Source of the DNA: Bacilli bacterium
GTDB lineage: Bacteria; Bacillota_I; Bacilli_A; RFN20; CAG-826
Direction of reading: 5' to 3'
Assembly: GCA_017468925.1 (NCBI GenBank)
Contig: JAFUHI010000009.1
Span: 274,162 to 338,161 of the forward strand
Length of the DNA: 64,000 nucleotides
Position 1 is the first letter of the stretch. Every line of letters starts with the position of its first letter. This document shows, in pieces, positions 50,239-59,864 of the stretch. The notes beneath the pieces are model-generated. The model did no database searches and was not told where the DNA came from. It worked only from the letters and a program-made list of their open reading frames with translations. Made by a program: the position numbers and the translations under genes.

Positions 50239-50964
50239 ATGGTTAAATTAGTATTAATAAGACACGGACAATCGGAATGGAATTTAGAGAATAAATTCAC
50301 CGGTTGGACTGATGTCAATTTGAGTGAACAAGGAGTAAGAGAAGCCATTGAAGCCGGAGAATACCTAAAACAAGGCGGATACACATTCGATGTCGCTTTT
50401 AGTTCCATTTTGAAAAGAGCTAACAGAACAATGGATTTGGCTTTGGAGGCTCTTGGCGAATCAAATATAGAAAAGCATTACACTTGGAGACTTAATGAAA
50501 GACATTACGGCGCTCTCCAAGGGTTAAACAAGGCAGAATCCGCCGTTAAATGGGGGAATGAGCAAGTCCATTTATGGAGAAGAAGTGCTGATATCCAACC
50601 TCCAGCCTTAACAAAAGAAGATCCAAGATTCCCAGGTAACCAAGATCTTTATAAGAAACTTGTTGAATCTGGCGATATGAAAGAAGAGGAGTTGCCACTT
50701 ACTGAATGCTTAATTGACACAGTAGCCCGTGTAAAGCCATACTTCGATTCTGATATCGCTCCAGCAATCAAAGAAGGCAAAAAGGTCTTAATCGTAGCGC
50801 ATGGCAATAGTTTAAGAGCCTTGGTCATGGAGCTTGAGCACCTAAACGCTGAACAAATAATTTCTGTTGAAATCCCCACCGGAAACCCGCTCGTTTACGA
50901 ACTAGACGAGAAAACCCTAGCTGTTTTAAACAAATATTATTTGAAACCAGTCGCTGGGAAATAG
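50239..50964 (+). CDS. gpmA: 2,3-bisphosphoglycerate-dependent phosphoglycerate mutase
   Basis: 241 aa protein. Histidine phosphatase signature LIRHGQSEWN and the RLNERHYG block. Confidence 0.9.
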   Translation: MVKLVLIRHGQSEWNLENKFTGWTDVNLSEQGVREAIEAGEYLKQGGYTFDVAFSSILKRANRTMDLALEALGESNIEKHYTWRLNERHYGALQGLNKAESAVKWGNEQVHLWRRSADIQPPALTKEDPRFPGNQDLYKKLVESGDMKEEELPLTECLIDTVARVKPYFDSDIAPAIKEGKKVLIVAHGNSLRALVMELEHLNAEQIISVEIPTGNPLVYELDEKTLAVLNKYYLKPVAGK

Positions 50965-50973
50965 GAATTAAAT

Positions 50974-51010
50974 AAATCCTCAAAATTAAAACTTGAGGAT
51001 TTTTTATTTG
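50974..51010 (+). terminator. Rho-independent terminator after gpmA
   Basis: Perfect 9-bp stem AATCCTCAA/TTGAGGATT with a 9-nt loop, followed by TTTTTATTT. Confidence 0.6.
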
Positions 51011-51053
51011 GATAAAAGCGTTAAGCAAAGCTAATATATTAAAGAGGTAAATT

Positions 51054-52025
51054 ATGGCAGTAAAAGCGTATGTAACTGGGGCTGGTGGAATGATTGGCTC
51101 ACACCTTGTGGAGATGCTAGCAAAAAGAGGCTATGAGGTTGTGGGGTCTTATTACACACCGACGGTTGATCTAAAAGACATTGATAAAACAGGCGTAAGA
51201 TTATTTGAACTTGACGTTAGAAACCACGAAACAATGAAAGATTGGATCTGCAATTTCCTCCCGGATAAGATTTTCCATCTTGCCGCCCAAAGCTTTCCAG
51301 TTGTCAGCTGGAATGAGCCATATTACACATTCGATGTTAACGCTAATGGAACTGTTGGCTTGCTTGAGGCCGTCAAAGAAGCAAAAAAGCGCAATCCAGG
51401 ATACGACCCAATGGTTGTGGTTATCTCTTCTAGTGCGATATATGGCGAAGCCTTGCTTTCATATGACGTGAACAATTTGCCAAAGGAAGACTGTGCATTG
51501 TTGCCTCTCCATCCTTATGGCGTATCAAAAGTCGCAGAAGATTTGCTTTGCTTCCAATACTATAGAAATTTCGGTATAAGAACGGCAAGAGTGAGGCTAT
51601 TCAACTGCACAGGGCCAAGAAAAGTGGGGGATATCACCGCAGATTTCACAAAAAGAGCAGTGGAGCTCAAGAAGCGTGGAGACAATAAATTAGTCGTTGG
51701 AAATTTAACCGCCTTAAGAGCGATAATCGATGCTAGGGATGTATGCGAAGCACTTATCGTGTTGAGTGAAAAAGGCGCGCCAGGAGAAGCTTACAATCTT
51801 TGCTCAAGCCATATTTTCAAGATGACGCACGTGGTGGAATGCATTGAACAAATAATGGGTGTTAAATACGAATTGGTAACTGATCAAAAACTCCTTAGGC
51901 CCGCTGACGAAAGACTCTACGCTGGCAATTGCGATAAACTTAAATCACTTGGTTGGGAAGAAAAATATCAATATATCGACACTGTTAGAGACATGATTGA
52001 CTATTGGGAAAAGAAATTAGGATAA
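51054..52025 (+). CDS. NAD-dependent epimerase/dehydratase (extended SDR; GDP-sugar dehydratase/reductase-like)
   Basis: 323 aa protein. Has a Rossmann fold (VTGAGGMIGSHL) and a YxxxK motif (YGVSK). Specific substrate not assignable. Confidence 0.65.
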   Translation: MAVKAYVTGAGGMIGSHLVEMLAKRGYEVVGSYYTPTVDLKDIDKTGVRLFELDVRNHETMKDWICNFLPDKIFHLAAQSFPVVSWNEPYYTFDVNANGTVGLLEAVKEAKKRNPGYDPMVVVISSSAIYGEALLSYDVNNLPKEDCALLPLHPYGVSKVAEDLLCFQYYRNFGIRTARVRLFNCTGPRKVGDITADFTKRAVELKKRGDNKLVVGNLTALRAIIDARDVCEALIVLSEKGAPGEAYNLCSSHIFKMTHVVECIEQIMGVKYELVTDQKLLRPADERLYAGNCDKLKSLGWEEKYQYIDTVRDMIDYWEKKLG

Positions 52026-53288
52026 TTTGCCTTCTTGATCCAATACTTCTAAAAGAGATAAAACAGCTCCTGCAACGGGGTTGTTTTTCATGATTAAGCC
52101 AAGTTTTGCATAGGTTTTTGCATCAATATAATCTTTATATAATCTATAAATCATCGCTTTTTTATCAGATTCAGACACAGGCGCTGTCAGCATTAAAGTT
52201 TTATATTTTGAGGCAACTTTCTTGTTTGCTTTAAGTGACTTTATTCCCTTCAATATAATCTCAGTAAATTCATCTAGTTTATGTATGTTGTAATAGTCAT
52301 GAGAAAAATTGTCTCCAATGTATTCAAGTGTGCTTAAATAAAAATCCTTGTTACTCTTCGGGACATAGTGGCCATGAAGAGATGTGAATTTCTTTGCTAT
52401 CCCTTCGAATGATTCAAAGTACTTTTTTGATAATATTGATATGAATTTTGAAGCGTAAATTTCTGTTTTTTCATCTTTTTCAAAAGTGAACTTCACACCA
52501 TCCAATTTTCCATATGCTTTGCAAGCGTCTAAATAGCCCAATTTAAAATTATTGTTCACAACCTTATTGTCAAAATTCATCATCGTCCCAAGTGGTCTTG
52601 TCGGAATAATGGTTTTGACATTTGGAAGCCAAGTATATTCAAATTTTTGTGGAATTCTTGGGAATGCAGGCAACATAACTGCAATAACTTCATCCGCGCC
52701 CAACCTTAAAGCAAAATCTATTGCGAGATTGTTTGTCCAGCCACCATCTATATAAAGAACTCCGTCGATTTTTTCCATAGGAAAGATGGGCCAGCATGAA
52801 CTTGATGCATGAAGAAAAGGAATGATTTTCTCTACAGGTAAATCCTGGGCAACCAAATCAATTTCCTTCGTGCCAGCGTATTTTGTTGTTACGATTCCTA
52901 ATGTTATTTCGCTATTCTTGACTTTTTCTGGATCAATTGCAGTCTTAACCCACTCCTTAAATGGAGTGATATCTACACCTTTATTCTTAAAATAAATTTT
53001 TCCTAAATCTACTAATTTTCTATAGTTCTCTTTCCTGAATGTGTCGTTTCTTAAGAAGTCGCTAGGGAGATTGACACCTCCTCTAATTACCTTGTTGACA
53101 TTGACATTTTCCCATAGAGAAACCGCCTCATCATAAGCATCATATGTCATCAATGCTCCGTTGAGCGAACCGATAGAAGTGCCTACTACTATATCGTATT
53201 TTATGCCGTTTTCGCGGAGATATTTCCAGACCCCGAGCTCATAAGAGCCCATTGAACCTCCTCCACACAAAACGACAGCGCGTTTCAT
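52017..53288 (-). CDS. Patatin-like phospholipase with extra C-terminal helical domain
   Basis: 423 aa protein. Oxyanion hole GGGSMGS, nucleophile GTSIGS (GxSxG) and the catalytic Asp (DGG) block. The C-terminal extension of about 200 aa is of unknown function. Confidence 0.8.
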   Translation of the reverse strand: MKRAVVLCGGGSMGSYELGVWKYLRENGIKYDIVVGTSIGSLNGALMTYDAYDEAVSLWENVNVNKVIRGGVNLPSDFLRNDTFRKENYRKLVDLGKIYFKNKGVDITPFKEWVKTAIDPEKVKNSEITLGIVTTKYAGTKEIDLVAQDLPVEKIIPFLHASSSCWPIFPMEKIDGVLYIDGGWTNNLAIDFALRLGADEVIAVMLPAFPRIPQKFEYTWLPNVKTIIPTRPLGTMMNFDNKVVNNNFKLGYLDACKAYGKLDGVKFTFEKDEKTEIYASKFISILSKKYFESFEGIAKKFTSLHGHYVPKSNKDFYLSTLEYIGDNFSHDYYNIHKLDEFTEIILKGIKSLKANKKVASKYKTLMLTAPVSESDKKAMIYRLYKDYIDAKTYAKLGLIMKNNPVAGAVLSLLEVLDQEGKLS

Positions 53289-53663
53289 TTAAAACTCTGC
53301 CTTCCAAAGATTATGAAGGTTGCAATATGCATAAGCTACGCCATGCTCGACATCATCAAAACATACGACTGGTTTTTCACCTGGTTTTAGCTCTTTTAGC
53401 GATATCTTGCCTTCGGATACGACAGCGACAAAGGGAATGAAATGCTCTGGAGTCATAGGATGTTCAACGCCACCCACTTTGACAATAAGCTTTCCGTCTT
53501 TGTGTTCAACGACTGGGACATGTTTTTCTAAAGCTGCATCGGTTGTGTTTGCTTTCAAAAGCTTCATTTCTTCTCCGCAGCAATGTGGTGTGCAGCAAGT
53601 CTTGTTCATTCTTACTATTGTTGATCCGCATTTTTGGCATTTAAGGACTAATAATTCTTCCAT
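53289..53663 (-). CDS. dfx: Desulfoferrodoxin (2Fe superoxide reductase)
   Basis: 124 aa protein. N-terminal desulforedoxin-like Cys4 (CQKCGS...CCTPHCC). C-terminal SOR domain with His ligands and Cys (HVPVVEH...HPMTPEH...CNLH). Contiguous with and upstream of the patatin gene on the minus strand. Confidence 0.85.
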   Translation of the reverse strand: MEELLVLKCQKCGSTIVRMNKTCCTPHCCGEEMKLLKANTTDAALEKHVPVVEHKDGKLIVKVGGVEHPMTPEHFIPFVAVVSEGKISLKELKPGEKPVVCFDDVEHGVAYAYCNLHNLWKAEF

Positions 53664-53763
53664 AAAACCACCTCCGAATTAAATATAGCATATTTATCCA
53701 TCATAAATAAATAGTAAGATTGAAATTAATAACAAGTTTAACTAGTAAATAAAACTAGATGTA

Positions 53764-53793
53764 TTGACAAAAGCAACTAGATAATATTAAAAT
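53764..53793 (+). promoter_or_regulatory. Candidate sigma-70-like promoter for the hemolysin-III gene
   Basis: TTGACA at 53764-53769 with a TATTAA-like -10 about 15-17 nt downstream. Lies in the divergent AT-rich intergenic region between dfx and hlyIII. Confidence 0.25.
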
Positions 53794-53799
53794 CGTGTT

Positions 53800-54471
53800 A
53801 TGCCAGTAAAAGATATCCCATTACCAAAATACAGCCTATCGCAGGAGATATGGAACTCGATCTCACATGGTCTTGGTGCCCTTTTAAGCCTCATTTTCGG
53901 TTCTATTTTGATTATTAAAAGTGCTTATACTGGAGATGTTTGGAAGATTGTCTCATCATCAATTTTTGTTGCTGGTTTGGTTTTACTTTACACCATCTCA
54001 TGCATCTATCACTCGCTAAAAAGAAATGATGGGAAAAGAGTTATGAGAATCATGGACCACAACATGGTTTATGTTTTGATAATGGCGACTTATGTCCCTT
54101 ATTGCTTGGTAACGCTTAGGAGTTATAACCCTTGGTGGGGGTGGGGGATAATAATGGGCTGTTTTGCAACCGGTATTGTTTCCATCGTTTTGAATTCGGT
54201 AAATATACAAAAATTTAAAGTCTTTTGTAATATCGCTTATATCGCGATGGGATGGTGCATAATATTGTCTTTCTACCCCTTGGTGCAAGCGATGGGAGGA
54301 TTTTATCCTGGGCCATTCCTCTTATTGCTTGGAGGAATCCTATATTCCATCGGCGCGATTCTTTATGGAATCGGTGGAAAAGGCTCACCTTGGTGGCACA
54401 CCATCTTCCATTTCTTTGTTGTTTTTGCTTCCGCGAGCATGTTTGCTTCAATATATTTCTTCGTTATATAA
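53800..54471 (+). CDS. Hemolysin III / PAQR-family 7-TM membrane protein
   Basis: 223 aa protein. HlyIII signature N-terminus (EIWNSISHGLGALLS) and conserved His in TM7 (WHTIFHFFVV). Confidence 0.8.
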   Translation: MPVKDIPLPKYSLSQEIWNSISHGLGALLSLIFGSILIIKSAYTGDVWKIVSSSIFVAGLVLLYTISCIYHSLKRNDGKRVMRIMDHNMVYVLIMATYVPYCLVTLRSYNPWWGWGIIMGCFATGIVSIVLNSVNIQKFKVFCNIAYIAMGWCIILSFYPLVQAMGGFYPGPFLLLLGGILYSIGAILYGIGGKGSPWWHTIFHFFVVFASASMFASIYFFVI

Positions 54472-54511
54472 ATGATAAATTTGTAATTTATCGCTATAAT
54501 ATAGTGATTGT

Positions 54512-56164
54512 ATGAGATTTAAGCGTTTTTTGTTATTGACACCTCTTACTGCACTTACACTTAGCTCCTGCGCTATGAATATTTTCGATTTGTTCAGTCA
54601 AACCGACCCAGAAGAAGGAGCCTATGGTTATGTGGAACAAACGACAACATTCGCGAAATCTTCGTTGCCATCAATTACTTATAAAAATCTTCAAATTGCT
54701 AATACTGTCTCTGGCGGTGCTTGTAACGCCATCCCATCCACAGGCGATATAAACCTTTTGGTGGTGCCTATAGAATTTAGGGGATATCCGTTTACCTCCA
54801 AGACATTAAGTGATTTGAATAGATGCTTTAATGGCAATGGCTCTATTGAGACTGGATATTGGGAGAGCCTTTCCTCGTTTTATAAAAAAAGCTCATTTAA
54901 TAAATTGAATCTCGTTGCAGAAATTACACCTGTTTATTCTTTAAGTTCAACCCCAACAACGTTCCTCCCGACGAGCAGCGGTGATAGCTCTAAGATTTCT
55001 TCGCTGGTGAAAGAAGTGTCCGACTGGTATAAGACCAACAATCCAGGCGAGATTGAAAGATTCGATAACGATAAGGATGGTTTTATAGATGGCATTTATT
55101 TGATCTATTCTTGCCCTGACTATAATGCTGCAGAGAAAAATGGCATCCAGCTTAACTCCAATTATTGGGCTTTTGTAAGCTGGCTTCCAAAACAAAAATC
55201 ATCAATATCCTCGCCAAACCCCAATAATTTCATGTGGGCTTCATATGATTTTATGTACACTGGCTTGCCAGAAGAAATGGTATTAAATTCGGTTGATGCG
55301 CACACCTTCATCCATGAGACTGGGCATATGTTGGGATTCGATGATTATTACAATTATGATGCTGACCCCAATAACGACGAATATACCGATACGAATTATA
55401 AATATTACACACCAACCGGCGGATTAGACATGATGGATTACAACATCCTCGACCACAATTGCTGGAGCAAATTTGCTTTGGGCTGGGTTAACCCATATGT
55501 CATAGATTCGACGACCAGTTTGCCGCTCACTATAGAAATAAATGATAGCCAATCAAGCGGTGATTTCATCCTTATCAAAGATAAACGCACGAAATATAAC
55601 AACTCTGCCTTTGACGAATATATGATGGTCGAATTATATACGCCAACGGGATTAAATTATCTTGACTCTCACCAAAGATATGAGGGCACTTATCCACTTG
55701 GGTTCACCGTCCCAGGAGTGAAAATAACGCATATCGATGCTAGAGTTGGTGAATTCCGTAAAGTAGGTCTCGACTTCAGTGGCGATTATGTCGACTATTT
55801 GACCTTGGATCTTTTGGGCAAAGCGTCATCGACAACAAGCTTCAATATTTTAGCGTCCAATACCCCATCTTATTCTTCGGGTAATCAAGGATATCGTTTG
55901 ATACATCTTATGGAAAGTAATGGCAAAAACACTTTCCAGAACAAAGATTATGAAGAAGATAACAAATACTATTTCGCTAACGACAAGACTTTATTCGTCG
56001 GCTCTTCTGGTAGAGGCTTCTTCACGACGAAAAAATTCTCCTCGTTCTTTGAAAATAAAACAAAACTAAATAATGGTTATTCATTCCCATATTCCATCAA
56101 AGTGAATGGGATCAAAGAGACTGAAAGTGGGGCAAAAGCCTCCATCACCATCGCGGAGGTCTAA
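54512..56164 (+). CDS. Lipoprotein zinc metallopeptidase (M6 / immune-inhibitor-A-like HExxH...D motif)
   Basis: 550 aa protein. Signal peptide plus lipobox LSSC. HETGHMLGFDDYY resembles the M6 HEfGHdLGLpDeY motif. Family assignment is tentative. Confidence 0.5.
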   Translation: MRFKRFLLLTPLTALTLSSCAMNIFDLFSQTDPEEGAYGYVEQTTTFAKSSLPSITYKNLQIANTVSGGACNAIPSTGDINLLVVPIEFRGYPFTSKTLSDLNRCFNGNGSIETGYWESLSSFYKKSSFNKLNLVAEITPVYSLSSTPTTFLPTSSGDSSKISSLVKEVSDWYKTNNPGEIERFDNDKDGFIDGIYLIYSCPDYNAAEKNGIQLNSNYWAFVSWLPKQKSSISSPNPNNFMWASYDFMYTGLPEEMVLNSVDAHTFIHETGHMLGFDDYYNYDADPNNDEYTDTNYKYYTPTGGLDMMDYNILDHNCWSKFALGWVNPYVIDSTTSLPLTIEINDSQSSGDFILIKDKRTKYNNSAFDEYMMVELYTPTGLNYLDSHQRYEGTYPLGFTVPGVKITHIDARVGEFRKVGLDFSGDYVDYLTLDLLGKASSTTSFNILASNTPSYSSGNQGYRLIHLMESNGKNTFQNKDYEEDNKYYFANDKTLFVGSSGRGFFTTKKFSSFFENKTKLNNGYSFPYSIKVNGIKETESGAKASITIAEV

Positions 56165-56166
56165 TA

Positions 56167-56637
56167 ATGGGAAAGAAAGAAAAATCATCCGCGCTTCTTT
56201 TGGAAAACCGCAAAGCCAGATTTGAATATTTCCTCTCCGATTTTATTGTGGCCGGATTGGTGTTGACCGGCACAGAAATAAAATCACTCAGAAGGCATGA
56301 TGCGGGGATATCAGACGCTTATATTTATATAAAAAACAGAGAAGCTTTTGTGGCGAATATGCACATCGCCCCTTACAAAGAAGGAAATATTTTTAATGTT
56401 GACCACTTAAGGGATAGAAAACTTCTTTTAAATAAAAGAGAGATAGATAAACTTGACAAAAAATTAAAAGAAGGTGGAGTGACTTGCGTTCCCACAAAAC
56501 TGTTTTTGCAAAGAGGATATGCAAAACTAGAGATAGCCTTAGCAAAAGGAAAGAAAAATTACGACAAGAGACAAACGATAAAAGAAAGAGATTTGGCAAA
56601 GAAAGTCAAAGAGGCGAAAAACGAATTCAACTCATGA
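56167..56637 (+). CDS. smpB: SsrA-binding protein
   Basis: 156 aa protein. Conserved ENRKARFEYF...GTEIKSLR SmpB signature and a basic C-terminal tail. Confidence 0.9.
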   Translation: MGKKEKSSALLLENRKARFEYFLSDFIVAGLVLTGTEIKSLRRHDAGISDAYIYIKNREAFVANMHIAPYKEGNIFNVDHLRDRKLLLNKREIDKLDKKLKEGGVTCVPTKLFLQRGYAKLEIALAKGKKNYDKRQTIKERDLAKKVKEAKNEFNS

Positions 56638-56646
56638 GGAAATGAT

Positions 56647-57885
56647 ATGAATTACAACGAGATGCTAGATTACCTAAAAGAAAAAGATTTGACGATGCAA
56701 CGTTATGAAAGAGAAGGATTTGACGATTTCATAAGCAAAATCAAATTTAAAATCAATTTTCCCTTCATCCATGTCGCTGGGTCAAACGGCAAGGGATCAA
56801 CAGTTCATTTCCTCGAAAACATTTATTTAGCTGCAGGCTATAAAGTCGCCTCTTATAAATCCCCATACGGTTATCTGCCTAATGAAATGATTAGGTATAA
56901 CGGCAGTGAAATATCCGACGAAGATTTCGTCTCGATATTTAACGAATATAAGAATTACTTTGATAAATATGATTTATCGTCATTCGAGATTGAGACATTT
57001 ATCGCTTTTAAATATTTTTCGACGAAAGAAGTGGATGTCGCCATTATTGAATGTGGGATGGGTGGCGAGATAGATGCGACAAATATTTTAGATGCTACTC
57101 CCTTGCTTTCCATTATCACGACAATATCGCTAGAACACACCGCTTTTCTAGGCACGACCACCAGTGAGATAGCATCAAGCGTTTCAGGTATCATCAAAGA
57201 TAAACATCCTGTTCTTGTTGGAAAATTGGATGAGAGCGCTTTGTCTTTATTAAGAAACGTCACGAATAAGCGCGGTGGTAAATTCTATTTAGTCGATGAT
57301 TTCCATAATAACCACTATGCCTCGCCCTATTTCAGGTTTGACTATAGGCCGTATGCTGATTTGGCGTTATTGACTTCAGCTTCGTATCAGTTACTTAATG
57401 CTTCAATTGCAGTTGAAGCAACAAAAATCCTCGCAGAAACCTTGCCGATCAACGAAGATGCGGTAAGAAGAGGATTGATGTGCAAGCCATTGCCTGTCAG
57501 ATTGGAAAAACACCGCAACGTCATAATCGATGGTGCGCATAACTACGAAGCCGTAGACGCCTTGATGAAAAACATTTGGAATATTGGACTTGGGAAACCT
57601 GTTCACTGTGTTTTTGCTTGCTATAGAGATAAAAATATATCCGCCATTCTTCCTAAGATAGCCAACTATGTTTCAGATATTGCTCTCACCACATTCCCAG
57701 ATGAAAGAGCAAGGAATGAAATGGACTATTTCCTCTACATTGATGATTATAGGTATGTCGAAGATTATAGATTTGCCATTCAGGACATTTTAGCCAAGTA
57801 TCCTGATGACATTATTTTGGTAACTGGGTCGCTTGCCTTTGCTTATTTAGTCAAACGTTTTGTAGAGGAGGAATTAAAGATTTGA
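56647..57885 (+). CDS. folC: Folylpolyglutamate synthase / dihydrofolate synthase (Mur ligase family)
   Basis: 412 aa protein. P-loop HVAGSNGKGST, Mur-ligase middle domain and DGAHN motif. Confidence 0.8.
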   Translation: MNYNEMLDYLKEKDLTMQRYEREGFDDFISKIKFKINFPFIHVAGSNGKGSTVHFLENIYLAAGYKVASYKSPYGYLPNEMIRYNGSEISDEDFVSIFNEYKNYFDKYDLSSFEIETFIAFKYFSTKEVDVAIIECGMGGEIDATNILDATPLLSIITTISLEHTAFLGTTTSEIASSVSGIIKDKHPVLVGKLDESALSLLRNVTNKRGGKFYLVDDFHNNHYASPYFRFDYRPYADLALLTSASYQLLNASIAVEATKILAETLPINEDAVRRGLMCKPLPVRLEKHRNVIIDGAHNYEAVDALMKNIWNIGLGKPVHCVFACYRDKNISAILPKIANYVSDIALTTFPDERARNEMDYFLYIDDYRYVEDYRFAIQDILAKYPDDIILVTGSLAFAYLVKRFVEEELKI

Positions 57886-58688
57886 GATTTAAGTTCCCAA
57901 TTATTCAAAAAATAACGATTGCGGCAATGCTGGTGGTTCTAGACACATTTTTCATTGCACTATCTAAGTTTTCTATTTTGCCGGGAATTAGCTACGTAAG
58001 ACTTAACGTCGGTCCGATGATTGTGATTTTTTCTTCAATTCTACTAGGACCACTATACGGTGGGATTGTTGGTGCGCTTGGCGATTTGCTAGGGATGCTC
58101 ATCGCCCCGATTGGCATATACAACCCATTCATGACTGTAATTAGCATTCTTTATGGGGTTTTGCCTTGGCTATTGATGTTACTAACACGTAAGTTTAGAA
58201 CAAAGCTAAAGATATCTCTTCCTGTTATTGCCTCTTTGGTATCAATCTTGATTGCAAGCGTTCTTCTTTTTTACTTAACCGACCTCTTTGATAAAAATTA
58301 TGGTGACCAATCATATTGGATAAAGCCTGTAATCATATCCGCTTTATCGATCTCCATTGCTATAACGATATTCGGCATTATTTTGGTTAATAAAAAGTTT
58401 CAAAAAAACATATTGGAAATGCCCTCTTTACCATCTCCAAACGAGATTGGTTTAATATGCATTTTCGTTGAGGTTTTGCTGGGGGTTTTTGCTAATTCTG
58501 CAGCGATTTTGTTTTATTTCCATGTTTTGGCACCGAACCCTGATTTATCTAGAAGCATAGGTGTTATTTTGCCATTTTATTTATGCACATGCCCATTCGA
58601 GATATTGATCGAGACGCTTGGTGTCTCCTGGCTATCGTTAATTTCCACCAAACTGTTGAAAAGATATATTTCTAAGGATGAGGATTAA
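57882..58688 (+). CDS. Membrane protein, possibly an extended ECF-transporter S (substrate-capture) component (folate?)
   Basis: 268 aa protein with 6-7 TM helices. It is translationally coupled to folC, and a folC-folT arrangement is common in Firmicutes. However, it is longer than typical S components (about 180 aa). Confidence 0.3.
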   Translation: MRFKFPIIQKITIAAMLVVLDTFFIALSKFSILPGISYVRLNVGPMIVIFSSILLGPLYGGIVGALGDLLGMLIAPIGIYNPFMTVISILYGVLPWLLMLLTRKFRTKLKISLPVIASLVSILIASVLLFYLTDLFDKNYGDQSYWIKPVIISALSISIAITIFGIILVNKKFQKNILEMPSLPSPNEIGLICIFVEVLLGVFANSAAILFYFHVLAPNPDLSRSIGVILPFYLCTCPFEILIETLGVSWLSLISTKLLKRYISKDED

Positions 58689-58690
58689 TT

Positions 58691-58870
58691 ATGGAAGAGG
58701 AAGAGTTTGAGAAAAAAGACGAAGAAGTAGAAAAATATATGGATGAGATTCTTGTTGAAGGAGATCCAAAAGAAGACAAAAAAGCCAAAATTGGGTGGAT
58801 TGTTTTCTTCTCGATTCTGGTCGCTTTGATGGCCGCTTGCATAATCGTGATTGTCCATTTTTCACAATAA
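58691..58870 (+). CDS. Small acidic protein with a C-terminal TM helix (below the 60-aa cut-off of the ORF track)
   Basis: Open frame ATG 58691 to TAA 58870 (59 aa), read from the sequence. The product is MEEEEFEKKDEEVEKYMDEILVEGDPKEDKKAKIGWIVFFSILVALMAACIIVIVHFSQ. Starts 3 nt after the upstream stop. Confidence 0.25.
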   Translation: MEEEEFEKKDEEVEKYMDEILVEGDPKEDKKAKIGWIVFFSILVALMAACIIVIVHFSQ

Positions 58871-58965
58871 TTAGTCCAATAAAAGTAATTTTTATCGTTT
58901 AAATGTTTGTTTTTTATTAATAAAGTTCTAAAGTAATAAATGAAAAGGGATTTATTTAAGCGAGG

Positions 58966-59295
58966 TTGATTATGGCAGTAATAGATATACCCAGAGCTGA
59001 TGGCAGCAAAGTAAAATGTGACACTGAAGCAAGAACGCTTTCTTATTACAGATACCATGTTAGATTCACGCCGTTGGAGTGGAAAATATTAGTTTATCTT
59101 TATGATCATCGCCCGAATCCAGTGAGCCGCAATGATCTTATTAAGCTAATCTGGGGTCAATCAAAGGTTTTCCCAACTAGAACTATCGACGTTCATATTT
59201 CTTCCATAAGAAAAAAAGTCGCCTATATCAAAGGCGCCCGTATTGAATCGATATACGGTAAAGGCTATCGCCTTATAATGCTCAATAGAATATAA
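58966..59295 (+). CDS. Stand-alone OmpR/PhoB-type winged-helix DNA-binding domain protein (no receiver domain)
   Basis: 109 aa protein. Trans_reg_C pattern: RYHVRFTPLEWKILVYLYDHRPNPVSRNDLIKLIWG...TRTIDVHISSIRKK...GKGYRL. Confidence 0.55.
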   Translation: MIMAVIDIPRADGSKVKCDTEARTLSYYRYHVRFTPLEWKILVYLYDHRPNPVSRNDLIKLIWGQSKVFPTRTIDVHISSIRKKVAYIKGARIESIYGKGYRLIMLNRI

Positions 59296-59369
59296 TTTTG
59301 ATATTTTATTTTGAAAAAGATTAATCTTTTTAATTTTTCTTATTTGCCCTCTAGTGTATACTAGTTTCA

Positions 59370-59864
59370 TTGGAGCAAATTATGGAAGAGCATAGAAAAG
59401 ATTACTTAAGCTGGGACGAATATTTTATGGGCATCGCGATGCTTTCTGCTTTAAGAAGCAAAGATCCTTCGACCCAAGTAGGCGCCTGTGTCGTTGATAA
59501 AGACAACAAAGTTGTTTCTATTGGCTACAACGGAATGCCACGCGGAGTCGATGATGAGCAGATTCCATGGGGACATGGAGAAGGGCTTGAAAGCAAATAT
59601 CTCTATGTTTGTCACGCAGAATTCAACGCAATATTGAATACCAGAGATGGCTCTAGGCTCAACGGATGCAAGATTTATGTGACTTTATTCCCATGCAATG
59701 AATGTGCCAAAGCCATCGTCCAGACTGGAATCAAAGAAATAATCTATCTCGATGATAAATACCATGACCACGTCAGTGAACAAGCTTCAAGGAAAATTCT
59801 TGATATGGCCGGAGTCAAATACACCCAATATCAAGGAAAGAGTATGGAGTTCAGCATTAAATGA
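59370..59864 (+). CDS. dCMP deaminase (ComEB-like)
   Basis: 164 aa protein. Zinc-ligand motifs HAEFNA and PCNECAK of the cytidine/deoxycytidylate deaminase family. Confidence 0.8.
   Translation: MEQIMEEHRKDYLSWDEYFMGIAMLSALRSKDPSTQVGACVVDKDNKVVSIGYNGMPRGVDDEQIPWGHGEGLESKYLYVCHAEFNAILNTRDGSRLNGCKIYVTLFPCNECAKAIVQTGIKEIIYLDDKYHDHVSEQASRKILDMAGVKYTQYQGKSMEFSIK

Noticed and set aside
52017-53288. Patatin-like phospholipase as the effector of a CBASS/defence operon
   Set aside because: No cyclase/CD-NTase, SMODS, SAVED or other defence-associated gene is adjacent. The only co-transcribed partner is desulfoferrodoxin. It was kept as a low-interest observation rather than a defence call.
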